64,000 nucleotides of DNA from positions 26,164,001-26,228,000 of the forward strand of contig NC_047021.1 in the NCBI RefSeq assembly GCF_902652985.1. Reading direction: 5' to 3'. Below are positions 27,701 to 41,650 of the stretch, piece after piece. Position 1 is the stretch's first letter. The number at the start of each line of letters is the position of its first letter. A program made the position numbers and the translations under genes. The notes beneath the pieces are model-generated. The model saw nothing but the letters and a program-made list of their open reading frames with translations. It was not told the origin of the DNA and ran no database searches. The stretch is from Pecten maximus (Eukaryota).

Positions 27701-30700
27701 CTACTACACTTACAATGGTTTACAGTTTGGGTATAATTCTACATGGTAGGAGATTATGAAACAGTATAGCTGTTGTTTATGCGAAATTCAAAGACGCTTT
27801 TTTATTTGATACCTACATACACACTATAAAAAACCAACATACATGAATTCTATACAATGTCACATTTGTTTCTTATGGCTTCCGTAATTATTTATATCTG
27901 AGTTAACATCCTTGTCCATATCACGCTTTATCTTCTCATTCGACCAGCCTGAACATATCAACAGTCCATACACTTAAATGGAAGTTATGATCCACTGCAG
28001 AGGAATGCTTTGCTTGTTTACGGGTAGATTATCTATCAAAATGATATGGGAAAATGTCATCGGTGTTGACCTTCCATTATGTCTGTTATTCCAACAATGT
28101 GAGATCTTAAGTCAGTGTAATATGGGTAGATAATGTCGGGGTTTAGTATAAGATCTTAAGTCAGTATAATATGGGTAGATGACGTCGGGGTTTAATATAA
28201 GATCTTAAGTCAGTATAGTATGGGTAGATGATGTCGGGGTTTAATATGACATCTTAAGTCAGTGTAATATGGGTAGATGATGTCGGGGTTTAATATGACA
28301 TCTTAAGTCAGTGTAATATGGGTAGATGATGTCGGGGTTTAATATGACATCTTAAGTCAGTGTAATATGGGTAGATGATGTCGGGGTTTAATATGACATC
28401 TTAAGTCAGTGTAATATGGGTAGATGATGTCGGGGTTTAGTATGACATATTAAGGCAGTGTAATATGGGTAGATGATAACGGGGTTTAGTATGAAATCTT
28501 AAGTCAATGTAATATGGGTAGATGATGTCGGGGTTTAATATGACATCTTAAGTCAGTGTAATATGGGTAGATGGTGTCGGGGTTTAATATGAGATCTTAA
28601 GTCAGTGTAATATGGGTAAATGATGTCGGGGTTTAGTATGACATCTTAAGTCAGTGTTATATGGGTAGATGATGTCGGGGTTTAGTATGACATCTTAAGT
28701 CAGTGTAATATGGGTAGATGATGTCGTGGTTTAATATGACATCTTAAGTCAGTGTAATATGGGTAGATGATGTCGGGGTTTAGTATGACATCTTAAGTCA
28801 GTGTAATATGGGTAGATGATGTCGGGGTTTACTATAACATCTTAAGTCAGTGTAATATGGGTAGATGATGTCGGGGTTCAGTATGACATCTCAAGTCAGT
28901 ATAATATGGGTAGATGACGCCGGGGTTGAGGATGACATCTTAAGTCAGTGTAATATGGGTAGATGAATGTCGGGGTTTAATATGAAATCTTAAGTCAGTG
29001 TAATATGGGTAGATGGTGTCGGGGTTTAATATGACATCTTAAGTCAGTGTAATATGGGTAGATGATGTCGGGGTTTACTATAACATCTTAAGTCAGTGTA
29101 ATATGGGTAGATGATGTCGGGGTTCAGTATGACATCTCAAGTCAGTATAATATGGGTAGATGGTGTCGGGGTTTAATATGACATCTTAAGTCAGTGTAAT
29201 ATGGGTAGATGATGTCGGGGTTTACTATGACATCTTAAGTCAGTGTAATATGGGTAGATGATGTCGGGGTTTAGTATGACATCTTAAGTCAGTGTAATAT
29301 GGGTAGATGATGTCGGGGTTTAATATGACATCTTAAGTCAGTATAATATGGGTAGATGATGTCGGGGTTTAATATGACATCTTAAGTCAGTGTAATATGG
29401 GTAGATGATGTCGGGGTTTAGTATGACATCTTAAGTCAGTGTAATATGGGTAGATGATGTCGGGGTTTAATATGACATCTTAAGTCAGTGTAATATGGGT
29501 AGATGATGTCGGGGTTTAATATGACATCTTAAGTCAGTGTAATATGGGTAGATGATGTCGGGGTTTAGTATGACATCTTAAGTCAGTGTAATATGGGTAG
29601 ATGATGTCGGGGTTTAATATGACATCTTAAGTCAGTGTAATATGGGTAGATGATGTCGGGGTTTAGTATGGCATCTTAAGTCAGTGTAATATGGGTAGAT
29701 GATGTCGGGGTTTAGTATGAAATCTTAAGTCAGTGTAATATGGGTAGATGATAACGGGGTTTAATATGACATCTTAAGTCAGTGTAATATGGGTAGATGA
29801 TGTCGGGGTTTAATATGAAATCTTAAGTCAGTGTAATATGGGTAGATGATGTCGGGGTTTAATATGAAATCTTAAGTCAGTGTAATATGGGTAGATGATG
29901 TCGGGGTTTAATATGACATCTTAAGTCAGTGTAATATGGGTAGATGATGTCGGGGTTTAATATGAAATCTTAAGTCAGTGTAATATGGGTAGATGATGTC
30001 GGGGTTTAATATGACATCTTAAGTCAGTGTAATATGGGTAGACGATGTCGGGGTTTACTATGACATCTTAAGTCAGTGTAATATGGGTAGATGATGTCGG
30101 GGTTTAATATGACATCTTAAGTCAGTGTAATATGGGTAGACGATGTCGGGGTTTAATATGAAATCTTAAGTCAGTGTAATATGGGTAGATGATGTCGGGG
30201 TTTAGTATGACATCTTAAGTCAGTGTAATATGGGTAGATGATGTCGGGGTTTAATATGACATCTTAAGTCAGTGTAATATGGGTAGACGATGTCGGGGTT
30301 TAATATGACATCTTCAGTCAGTGTAATATGGGTAGATGATGTCGGGGTTTAGTATGACATCTTAAGTCAGTGTAATATGGGTAGACGATGTCGGGGTTTA
30401 ATATGACATCTTCAGTCAGTGTTATATGGGTAGATGATGTCGGGGTTTAGTATGACATCTTAAGTCAGTATAATATGGGTAGATGATGGCGGGGTTTGAT
30501 ATGACATCTGAAGTCAGTGTAATATGGGTAGATGATGTCGGGGTTTAATATGACATCTTAAGTCAGTGTAATATGGGTAGATGATGTCGGGGTTTAATAT
30601 GACATCTTAAGTCAGTGTAATATGGGTAGATGATGTCGGGGTTTACTATGACATCTTAAGTCAGTGTAATATGGGTAGATGATGTCGGGGTTTAATATGA

Positions 30701-33700
30701 CATCTTAAGTCAGTGTAATATGGGTAGATGATGTCGGGGTTTACTCTGACATCTTAAGTCAGTATAACATGGGTAGATGATGTCGGGGTTTAATATGACA
30801 TCTTAAGTCAGTATAATATGGGTAGATGATGGCGGGGTTTGATATGACATCTGAAGTCAGTGTAATATGGGTAGATGATGTCGGGGTTTAATATGACATC
30901 TTAAGTCAGTGTAATATGGGTAGATGACGTCGGGGTTTAATATGACATCTTAAGTCAGTGTAATATGGGTAGATGATGTCGGGGTTTAGTATGACATCTT
31001 AAGTCAGTGTAATATGGGTAGATGATGTCGGGGTTTAGTATGACATCTTAAGTCAGTGTAATATGGGTAGATGATGTCGGGGTTTACTATGACATCTTAA
31101 GTCAGTGTAATATGGGTAGATGATGTCGGGGTTTAATATGACATCTTAAGTCAGTGTAATATGGGTAGATGATGTCGGGGTTTACTATGACATCTTAAGT
31201 CAGTATAATATGGGTAGATGATGTCGGGGTTTAATATGACATCTTAAGTCAGTGTAATATGGGTTGATGATGTCGGGGTTTACTATAAGATCTTAAGTCA
31301 GTGTAATATGGGTAGATGATGTCGGGGTTTAATATGAGATCTTAAGTCAGTGTAATATGGGTAGATGATGTCGGGGTTTAGTATGACATCTTCAGTCAGT
31401 GTAATATGGGTAGATGATGTCGGGGTTTAGTATGACATCTTAAGTCAGTGTAATATGGGTAGATGATGTCGGGGTTTACTCTGACATCTTAAGTCAGTGT
31501 AATATGGGTAGATGATGTCGGGGTTTAATATGACATCTTAAGTCAGTGTAATATGGGTAGATGATGTCGGGGTTTAATATGACATCTTAAGTCAGTGTAA
31601 TATGGGTAGATGATGTCGGGGTTTAGTATGACATCTTAAGTCAGTGTAATATGGGTAGATGATGTCGGGGTTTAGTATGACATCTTAAGTCAGTGTAATA
31701 TGGGTAGATGATGTCGGGGTTTAATATGACATCTTAAGTCAGTGTAATATGGGTAGATGATGTCGGGGTTTAATATGACATCTTAAGTCAGTGTAATATG
31801 GGTAGATGATGTCGGGGTTTAATATGACATCTTAAGTCAGTGTAATATGGGTAGATGATGTCGGGGTTTAGTATGACATCTTAAGTCAGTGTAATATGGG
31901 TAGATGATGTCGGGGTTTAATATGACATCTTAAGTCAGTGTAATATGGGTAGATGATGTCGGGGTTTAATATGACATCTTAAGTCAGTGTAATATGGGTA
32001 GATGATGTCGGGGTTTTACTATACTGCCTTCAGTCAGAATAACACAGGTAGATGACGCCGGATTATACCGTTAAGACTTTAGTCAGTTAATAAGTGTACA
32101 TGTAGGTGATGTCTTTGTATACCTTCCAGTATGTCTGTAAGTCCTATATCTATGAGACCTTTGGTCAGTATGGTCAGCTCTGGACACTTCCGTATCGCTG
32201 TCATTATTGTGCCGGGTGGCGGGAATAAGACACCGTTGAGTACATGAAGAACGCCGTTGTCAGCCTCGTTGTCGGCGCTAACGACCACCTTCCCGCATAC
32301 CGTCGTAACCTAGTGAAATGAAATACTACATATTTTGTTTGCTAGGAAAGATAAGCATCCTATGATGCAACTTTACTTTAAAAGTACTCAACAAAGGGGA
32401 CTATACTAATTAGAACATAGTTGTACAAACACTATATCTGAAGGTAAACTATTAATATAATCAGTTACGAATATTAACAAAACAGTATATTATAATGGAA
32501 TTTACAAAATGAAAAAAAAATCTCAAAATGCCTCTGAGATGTTTAGCTAACATAACGACACCTTCCTGTCTTCGTATCTAAGGAAGTGCATACATTTTAG
32601 TTTTTGTCTTTCTTGGTAACTTATATGCGCATCTGTCAGTATTTAAGTCTGGGACCGGTTAAACCGCGCTTGCCAGTGTATCATTTAGACTGGCCACCTG
32701 TTTCTAGGATATTAGAATTGTGAATTAAATTGAGGTTTATAATTTTGGGCTCGAGGATATGTCTGATTAAGTTTCACACTAGGGGGAGACAATCTAGCAT
32801 TAGAATTTAGTGGAGCAATTTTGACGAAAAACTTGGGCGCTGGTTGCCAGTCTACAGTATGTATCACTGTAAGAGGAAGGAGACGAATTTATGTTATCAG
32901 ATAATTTATCTATTTGTTGACATTGTTCTTTCACTTCCTAGAAACTGGAGAGGACTTGGAAAGCGCAGACGTAATTATCAGTAAATTTTGCAATATGAGC
33001 AAAATGACATAATTAAAAATTTATTACAACTTACACAATAATATATGCCCCATCATGTGTTAAACGCCTGGGTCAGTACATGTGTCATTACAGAAAATTT
33101 TTTACAAATTTTTACTTCAGAAAAAAATCACATTGTAAAATTCAGACAACACACTCACTTAACTCGTGTTTCACATCAATATACTCGCGTGTTATTCTAC
33201 ATATTCTTAACGGTGAACAAAGTGCTTCAGTGACGTATACGTAGTTATCTATCTTTGGTGTTCTCCCCCTTGGCCACAAGCTTTATCAGGCGCGAGTAAT
33301 GCACATTCGAAACATCTCGCCCTACCAGCTGCTGCCACTACCAATACACGCGTAGCGGATTCTTAGAAAAGTGTTCAAACAATCCGCTAATTTACTTAGG
33401 GATTCTTTTGAACAAATCATTTTGCAACGTCAATGGTCGTATTGTTACGTCATCTTTTTTGCGCCATGGATGTTAGTTTTTTTTTCATAGAAGCATTCTG
33501 CATACAGACAATGGAAAATAAAGTATATTGTATTAAACTCAGCAATTAAATTCGGCTATTAAACCCGGCTATTATATTTATAATATAGCTATTAAACTCA
33601 GCTTTATGCCTATGCATTGGTAGTGATTTTGTCTGCTAAGGTGCGATTCGAAAATGTGTAAGCTTTCCGGGATCACACTTTAAACGAACTGGTAAAAAAA

Positions 33701-34776
33701 TTGTTGAGGCTATTTCTCATTTATTTACTATGGTTACGACTAAAGTCATTTAGATAGTCGTGTTGCCATGTAATAATCAATGAAGAACTCTTCCTCGATA
33801 TTCCAGGGTTACGTCTACTTTGGCTTTGTGTAGAGAGCAAAAGTAAACGTAACCCATATATTATTGAGGATGTAGATAACTGTACCTTGCGGACGAATTT
33901 CCTGTGTTTGTACACGTTATACACATTGATCCTGATGGACGGCCCAGCCAGAGTACCAACCAACGTATCGTTCTGTGTCTCATTGTCGATTCGCAGTTCC
34001 TCATTCAACACGTGGTACAATATCACATTCACCAGCTCGGTAACGTTATTGTTCAGTAACTTCATTACGGCGGGCGATAATTTGGAGAAAGCGCTGTTAT
34101 TTGGAGCAAACATCGTCATAGGACCTGCAATAGGAAATAAAATATACTTTTGTTGACGAATAAACAATACCACGACGTCAATTTTAAAGGAAGAAACTGA
34201 ACAGTGAAATTCACTTAAACGATAACCACCGAATGCGAGGGCACATGTTCACTGGGAGATGGGAAAGTTATACTCCAGTAGAGTGTCTTCTTCACCAAGT
34301 TTGGTATCCGTCATTTTGCATCCTGTCTGTCACGAGTAAATCATGGTGCTGCTCTGACCACATCTAACGCTAGTATCAAACTGAACCTCAATCTAACGCT
34401 AGTATCAAACTGAACCTCAATCCAAAATCTAGTTGACATGAACCACGTCTGAAGCATGTCCTGTTACTATACAAGAGCATCACTATTGGTTGGAAAACAA
34501 GTGTGTTTGAGTTTGGGATATTTTAGGTCACGAGCAACATTGGGTAACTGGACATATTACACAAGAAAAAGAAGAATTGCAGATGACCCCGGATTAATAT
34601 ACTTTTATAGGCTTACCTGGTGCAGAGAGGGGCTGTCCAAGACTAGCCACGTTGATGAAGTTAGCGAAGATCGTAGCCCCGACCTTGGCAGCCAGATCTG
34701 GCAGGTAAACGTCATATTGTCCATAGGCAGGGGATAACGAGCAGAACATCAAAATCACCAAAGACAGAGAGGCCAT
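24712..34776 (-). CDS. Secreted two-FAS1-domain protein B, 6 exons: 34776-34617, 34124-33886, 32309-32123, 27234-27133, 25738-25619, 24833-24712; ~309 aa
   Basis: Signal peptide MASLSLVILMFCSLSPAYG; H1 TMFAPNNSAF and TIFAPTDAAF; YH ILYHVL and LTYHIC; H2 NGVLHVLNGVL and NGVVHGMDTVL. GT-AG introns, phases 1,0,1,1,1; 930 nt in frame. Confidence 0.9.
26194..27030. repeat. 63-bp minisatellite, ~13 copies, intron 4 of FAS1-B
   Basis: Unit GATAAGATTGTATCCCCTGTATGATATGATCATCTGTCTATATAAAACAACATTATGTTACAA. Confidence 0.95.
28102..32060. repeat. 49-bp satellite, ~80 copies, intron 3 of FAS1-B
   Basis: Unit CTTAAGTCAGTGTAATATGGGTAGATGATGTCGGGGTTTAATATGACAT, highly homogeneous. Confidence 0.97.
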
Positions 34777-36540
34777 GATGCTAAATCAAATTGTACACAC
34801 ATTTCTTGTCTGGATACCTGATAACACAATGGTGACACATACATTGTTATCAGCAGTATTTGAGTATGTAAATATTGATATTTTGACCCACTGGTGGTTT
34901 TGTATTTATATACTACGAGTACATATACATTTATATGATAAGCTTATGATTAAAGAAAAACAAAATAGAAATTATTGGCACCATGTGGTGATAATACGTA
35001 AGAAGTCATGTTTTCATCGCTTATGTTCCTTTTATTTCAGTTTGTTATCTGTGAAATACTGGTCACAGTAATATTAATCAGAATTTCAAATTTTGGAATC
35101 ATAGTTAATATATGAAGAAGAATGTATTGTAAAATCGAAAATCATTGATGTAAAGCAACAGAACAGAATATACGAAACTAAAACTCATTGGAGTGGAAAC
35201 GAGGCTGTTCTTATCATATCTGCCTCCTTCGTTGTAATATTTCAACCTAGAAATTATATCCAGCATTATTATATATGTGTCCCATTGAACAAGTAGTTTG
35301 GCAAGTTTCAGATAAATTATTAGACATTTTTGGTCTGTATCACATGTAGCTCTCAAATAATATTCATTTTGGTAAACATAGTTAATACACTATTTATATA
35401 TTCTAAACTTTCTTAGATATTATCCTTACTTTCAAAGTCATATCTCATATTAATTTAAACGTTTAATGTTGAATACAAATGCACTTTGAAATTTTGAAAT
35501 CGCAATATATATTATATATACACTCATTGTTACAAGTAGGAGATAACCGATACAGGCTATGTTCATCCTTTCTCTTAATGAAATAACATGTGTTGAAATT
35601 GCTCCGGCACCAAAGACATCTCAACAGTTGATACATAAGTTACCGTAATCTGGTAGGAATTGCCTAGAGGTAAATAGTGTCCAATACTTATCTAGGTCAA
35701 ATGTTCAGTGTGTAAATTATGCTGATTGTTCAATACAAAATAGTGTGTAAAACAACAGGATTATATAAGCTTTATCAAGTTTAAACTTCTGATATTTCCA
35801 CTGAATAAATAAATCTTTACCTAATTATGCATATTCAATTTGAGATAAAACATAAATGTGTTGATTGTTCAGCACCAAATGTAATGTATGATAATAATAC
35901 TTGTATAAGCTGTTATCAAATTTAAATTTGTGAAATTAATGTTATCTAATTATGATTTGATATGGAATAAAACACAAAACTCGATAGAACCATGTAACTG
36001 CTCAGTATTTAAATAAATCCTAAACAATGAGTCATAAATCTACATGTTTAAAAATATCTATTTGGTTTACGGTAACAGATTGTCAAACCCACTAAATACA
36101 CAAGATATCAGCTACAGAGAAGCACTCGGTCGAATCCTTATGCAAAGACCTCCATTGAATCTATCCATTCATACTACTTACAAAGACAACTTGGTCTCCG
36201 GAGTTTAAACCTTGATCACTGTTGTGATAGATCTAAGGTTCGTTACAGATCGCTGATGTCTGTCAGACGATGATAAGAACAACAATCCAGTAACGTTATA
36301 ACGGGATTGAACCTGACAGAAACGTTAGAACTGTCGCATGTACAGCCACAATTACGTAGTGTATAGCGGTTATAATTATCATATATCTTACACAGGCAGC
36401 TCGTCGGAAAATTAACACACAATAATTGAAATATTTGAATTTTCTGTTATTGATTGAATACACCGTATATATTCCTGTTTGTGATTCCTACACATTCCGA
36501 TAGAGGAGGCACCGGATTGAAGGACATATTTTTAGGCATT

Positions 36541-39500
36541 ATGTTGAAAAGACTTCGAAATGTACACGTAGTGTTTTGGACGATATTTATAGTACTCCCT
36601 ATAATATTTATCTTTGCCAGGTCTGTGGTATTACTAAGTACTCCTGCACGCCACAAAATACGTAAGTAAATCATCGACGTTTTATATTGACCTAATACTA
36701 ATTTGAATATGTTGAGCACATACCTATGGATAATCTAAAAGCAAAATCGATTTGTCACATTTTGATTCAACTGTATTTAGCGATGAGAGCTGCTAAATCA
36801 CTTTACCGTATACATCAATATGTACTTTAAAACAATATGTTGCAATAGCTGGTCTTAAATGTTCTCATTTTGTGATTTTTCACAGGAAAGCTCACAAACT
36901 TCCCGAATGTCGCCAAACAAGCCTTACATGTGCAGCACCCTAAAGTAAAAACGGAAGCTGATATCATGATAGTCGGGTATATCCGTGGAGGGTCAACATT
37001 CCTGGGAGAGCTGATGGGGATCAGAAAGGATAGTTTTTATCTGTATGAACCGCTGTACAGACTCAGTAAACTTGGCTACTACAAACCTGGGTATCATTGT
37101 AACACTATGGACACCTACTGTACGTAAGTATTGTAAATCTTACATATCTTACATCTGTCTACAGCATCTTCAGTTAAGGTATACTAATAACAAGATAAAC
37201 TCGATTAATGCAGATACAAATAGTTATGTTTAATATATATCGTAATGAAATATTACACAGACTTGTTTTTCAGTGGAATAGGTGAATTGATATCTTCGCA
37301 ATATCAGAAATAAGATAGTTTAAATCCTAGCATATATCTGTTACAACGGAGGACGTAATATGGAAGACCCCTCTCTAACACCAACTCTAGGCTTTCCTCT
37401 AAATGCTGTATTTCTTGAGTTACTCTGAATAGCTGTAATAACTTCCCTTCCTCGATATTTACAGTAAATTCACATCCTATCCCCGTCCTCGATATTTACA
37501 GTACAATTGACAAGCTATCTCCGTCCTCGATATTTACAGTACAATTGACAACCTACCCCGTCCTCGATATTTACAGTACAATTGACAACCTATCCCCGTC
37601 CTCGATATTTACAGTACAATTGACAACCTATCCCCGTCCTCGATATTTACAGTACAATTGACAACCTATCCCCGTCCTCGATATTTACAGTACAATTTAA
37701 TCCTACCCCCGTCCTCGATATTTACAGTACAATTGACAACCTACCCCGTCCTCGATATTTACAGTACAATTGACAACCTATCCCCGTCCTCGATATTTAC
37801 AGTACAATTTACATCCTACCCCCGTCCTCGATATTTACAGTACAATTGACATCCTATTCCCGTCCTCGATATTTACAGTACAAAGTTATTTTCCTTTGCA
37901 AGCGAAAATTGCATTCAAAAATGAATAGATGAATAGACTTGTTCAGATTAAAGGCACTGATAACAATGGAACACAAACAACAATACCCTGCCGACATATG
38001 AGCTGTCAGACAAGTTAAACGTCACGGATTCAAAGAATGTGACTTTTCAGCACATAAGAGACAACCAAACATCACCTTACAAACTTCAAATTTGTACATT
38101 TGTTTCGGGTATATCTTTTTATATCGTGATTGTTCCAGAATTTAATATTGACAATGTTGCATTAGAAACAAATAATTTGGTATTGTTTACTATTGATTCC
38201 CAGACTCACGAAGCATTAATAATATCCCTATTACTTTCCCAGCTGACAATGCAACATATATTGAATCCTACTCCCCGTGTCATTTTTTTCTATTTCAAGT
38301 TATCATATGAAACATCGCAACAATTTCCTGTCGATTACAAACTTTGTCATGTTGTGGTAAACAATGTCACGATTTGTTTATGAGATACATTGTAAATACA
38401 CGATACATGAAACTGTGGTAAATGATTTCATATTGAAGGTCATTGGAGCTAATCTATGATGACACATGGGCATGTTAGTGTAGAACTTCTCTGTGCAAAG
38501 TGGTATTGTATTACACTTTAATTGTACATGTGGGTTAAATCAGTCGAGTATTCTGTGTTGATGTGCGTGTTATGTGCATATTTAGATATATATGACTATG
38601 TACGTATTTTGGAATTCCATTTTTATTGATGTACTTTATACTTTATAGACTGTTAAGGGGTTACAAAAGATAAGTTCACATCAATAGCACATCCTGTGCC
38701 ATACACACCCTCGTACTGAATTTGTTGCGCTAATACACATAGAATGAGATATTGCGTAGGTGTTCTTTCGTCAAACGATTCTCTGCCTACTGCTAGCAAC
38801 ATACTTCTCCACGAAGTACGGCCTAGTGCGTCCAGTAGTGAATAACATACGTTTTGACGATACAAGAATAAAACCCGGTATCAGTAAAAAGTGCCCATTC
38901 AATCAGTATAAAACACATATTTATGATGAGGTTTTGTTATCTCCAGAATCTCGAATTTTGGTGTCTTTCAGTAATTTCTCGATGCCATGTTTCAGCTCTC
39001 GTCACCATACTCGATATATGAGATTAAAAAAGCGAGCCTTGTAATGTTTGGTTATCACGTGTATGCCGTTTTGTGCTAAATACATATCGAATTAGCATGA
39101 CTAAACCGTCCTCAGTGAATACCTTTGACATGTTAGTTCCATCTCATGTGATATAAGTTGTCGCGTTTAAAATTACCGTCGACAACGCTTCGCTATACAA
39201 CTTCTAAGCTGGATACAACAAACGTAACCTAAACAATTGGATTTAATGAGGTTTTGACGGTAACGAGATTTTTCATTCTAAAGTTGGTACATGTTAACTA
39301 ATAGTGCGGCTCAAAGATACTTCTTATACGTTCAGTGTCGGTACGTATTGCTAGGAGAAATTTGCCTATCTTTCTTTATGTTTGTCTTTTCCAGTGGAGC
39401 GATGAAAATGGATATGCATGCCCTTGGTTTTCTTAAATCCATATACAGCTGTGATTTCCGACTGATGGAGGGCAAGATATCGCTTTGGAGTTTTGCCAAG

Positions 39501-40217
39501 GGACGTGGAGACTTCAACTGGACAAAGTCACTAACAGACTGCAATGGACAGTTTCAAAATTGTTTCAACAAACAAATCCGCCGATGCGTTAGTGCAACAT
39601 CTATAGTTACCAAGGTCGTAAGAGTGACCGTAGGTTTAGTAGGTAGAATGCTTCACAAGTATCCTAATTTGAAAATTGTGCACTTAATGAGAGATCCACG
39701 AGCTGTGATTAACTCAAGGATGGAAATATGGCCATCAAATACAAAGAATATCCTAGAGTCTGCACGCAGTCTGTGTCGGAAAATGAAGGAAGATTTCATG
39801 GATTCTAAGCGATTGCTAATACAAAATCCTAATAGGGTTCGCACTGTGTTTTATGAGGATTTAGCAATGGACCCGATCACCGTTACAAAAGATTTATATA
39901 AATTTGCAAATTATAGTTTTACTGCAGATGATGAAATAAGAATCAGACAAATGACCGAATCTGATTTAACTGTGGAAAAGGCACAGCGTAAATGGAGCTT
40001 GTTCAAACCAAATTCCAGTGATACTGCCCGACAATGGCGCCTGACTATCCCCCCATCCGTTTCACTTCTGACCGGGCTGGGGTGTTCAGAGATATACGAT
40101 ATGGCTAGATATCCGGAGCTTAAGACAAAGGATGACTTGCGGAACTCTAGTATCCCTCTTAGACTCCCTATAAGCTCAAAATCGCTGTTGCATGACTATC
40201 TCAGTCATAATGGTTGA
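36541..40217 (+). CDS. Golgi carbohydrate sulfotransferase (CHST1/GlcNAc-6-O-sulfotransferase-like), 3 exons: 36541-36661, 36886-37123, 39395-40217; ~393 aa
   Basis: Type II membrane anchor (VVFWTIFIVLPIIFIFA); 5'-PSB-like YIRGGSTFLGE and FYLYEP; 3'-PB LKIVHLMRDPRAVINSR; YEDL; terminal W-R. GT-AG introns phases 1 and 2; 1182 nt in frame. Confidence 0.88.
37449..37882. repeat. 37-38-bp minisatellite, ~11 copies, intron 2 of sulfotransferase
   Basis: Unit CCCCGTCCTCGATATTTACAGTACAATTGACAACCTAT. Confidence 0.95.
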
Positions 40218-40903
40218 ACATTGCAAAGTGTATACGTTATATATGGCACTGATAAATAATCTCTAGCAAAAAGTCCTGATATAATGAGCAATACTTTGAC
40301 GAATATTCCGATAAACTCGGGTCAGTTACATGTGGAATATGGACCCTCTTATATATTAATGATTAATTAAAGAAGCTTGTATAAACATGATAGTTTCGAC
40401 TTTTATTTTAAACGAAAATCAGCGAAATTTCATCTACTGGTATAACATTTGCACTATTGTCTTCAAAATTCAAAAGCGGTGGAAACCTATTTGGGTTTCT
40501 ATATTATGTGTATGGTCGATGGTGATCATTAACATGCAATATAAGCGGTATCATTGTATAAAGGGAACTTCTTTACTTACAAAATATTTGCAATGTTCCG
40601 TATTTGCGAAAGAAGTGATAACACAGAACTAAGTAAGTTGTTTTTGCGGACATAAAAGGATATGTATATAATATACAATAACGAATATATTCAAACTTTG
40701 ATAACATTTTTAATTATATCATAAATAAAAACATAATTAAACATTTCTAACAGAAGTCTGTAAATATAACAACAGCTATTTATAATAAAGTATTGTCTAT
40801 AACGAATGTGCAATAGTTTATGGCTAATTTGAAGGTCGGCTACTCCACCAACAAAACGAATTAGCGAGGCCTCGTATCATGATTTCTGATCTTAAATAAT
40901 GTA

Positions 40904-40927
40904 GGGGGGGGGGGGGGGGGGGGGGGG
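40904..40927. repeat. G24 homopolymer
   Basis: Uninterrupted G run between the convergent 3' ends of the sulfotransferase and adaptor genes. Confidence 0.9.
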
Positions 40928-41650
40928 TCGTTTCAAACACGGAGACGGTCCTCGCCAAGATGACTGGGATTCCTACAACTCGCTAAAATCACGGGAGTGT
41001 CCCGCAACATGGTGGCAGTGGCATGCCTATCAAGTAGGTGGTTATCTAATAAGTTAACTGGCTTCAAAATTTTATTCGGCCCTGTGACAAATTAACTGGC
41101 ATGGAACATGGAATGGACCTGTATCAGGTTCATTCTCTTTTCAAAATCTTGATCGGTCCTTTGGCAAGTTAACTCGCCTGCAAAAGCATTGATCAGTCCC
41201 GCAACAGGTTCAATGACTGGAGTATCTCAACACGTACAATAAACATTTGTGAAACAAGTTACGAAAACCTATATCAAACACTGTTTCGAAACTCTTTATA
41301 AGTCTTACTTTGGAAGCAAACCGAAGATCATAGAATGAACCATCTTGGTCGGTTTGGTGACCTAATTCCTTATTACGTCCCATCATGGTATAGAAACGTG
41401 GTCGCCTTTGTAGTAATCAGTGTGTTTCCATTACACCACTCGACTACTAGAGAGGCTCATATATTAGAGTGTTGCACGCGTTGAATACTGGAGTGGAATA
41501 TGGCAGTTTGGTTTGGTCTCATCACTATGGTTGTCACCTTATCGCGTGCTTTATGGTAAACATGAATGCATCCTTTTACAGGACGATTCGTGTTGAACCC
41601 TGACACGTTCGTTGATGGGTAATCGTTTCAAGCTGGATCGTTTGCTTGCC

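Noticed and set aside
28102-32060. Possible CRISPR array (also considered for the other arrays)
   Set aside because: Head-to-tail units with no unique spacers, no cas genes, eukaryotic intron context
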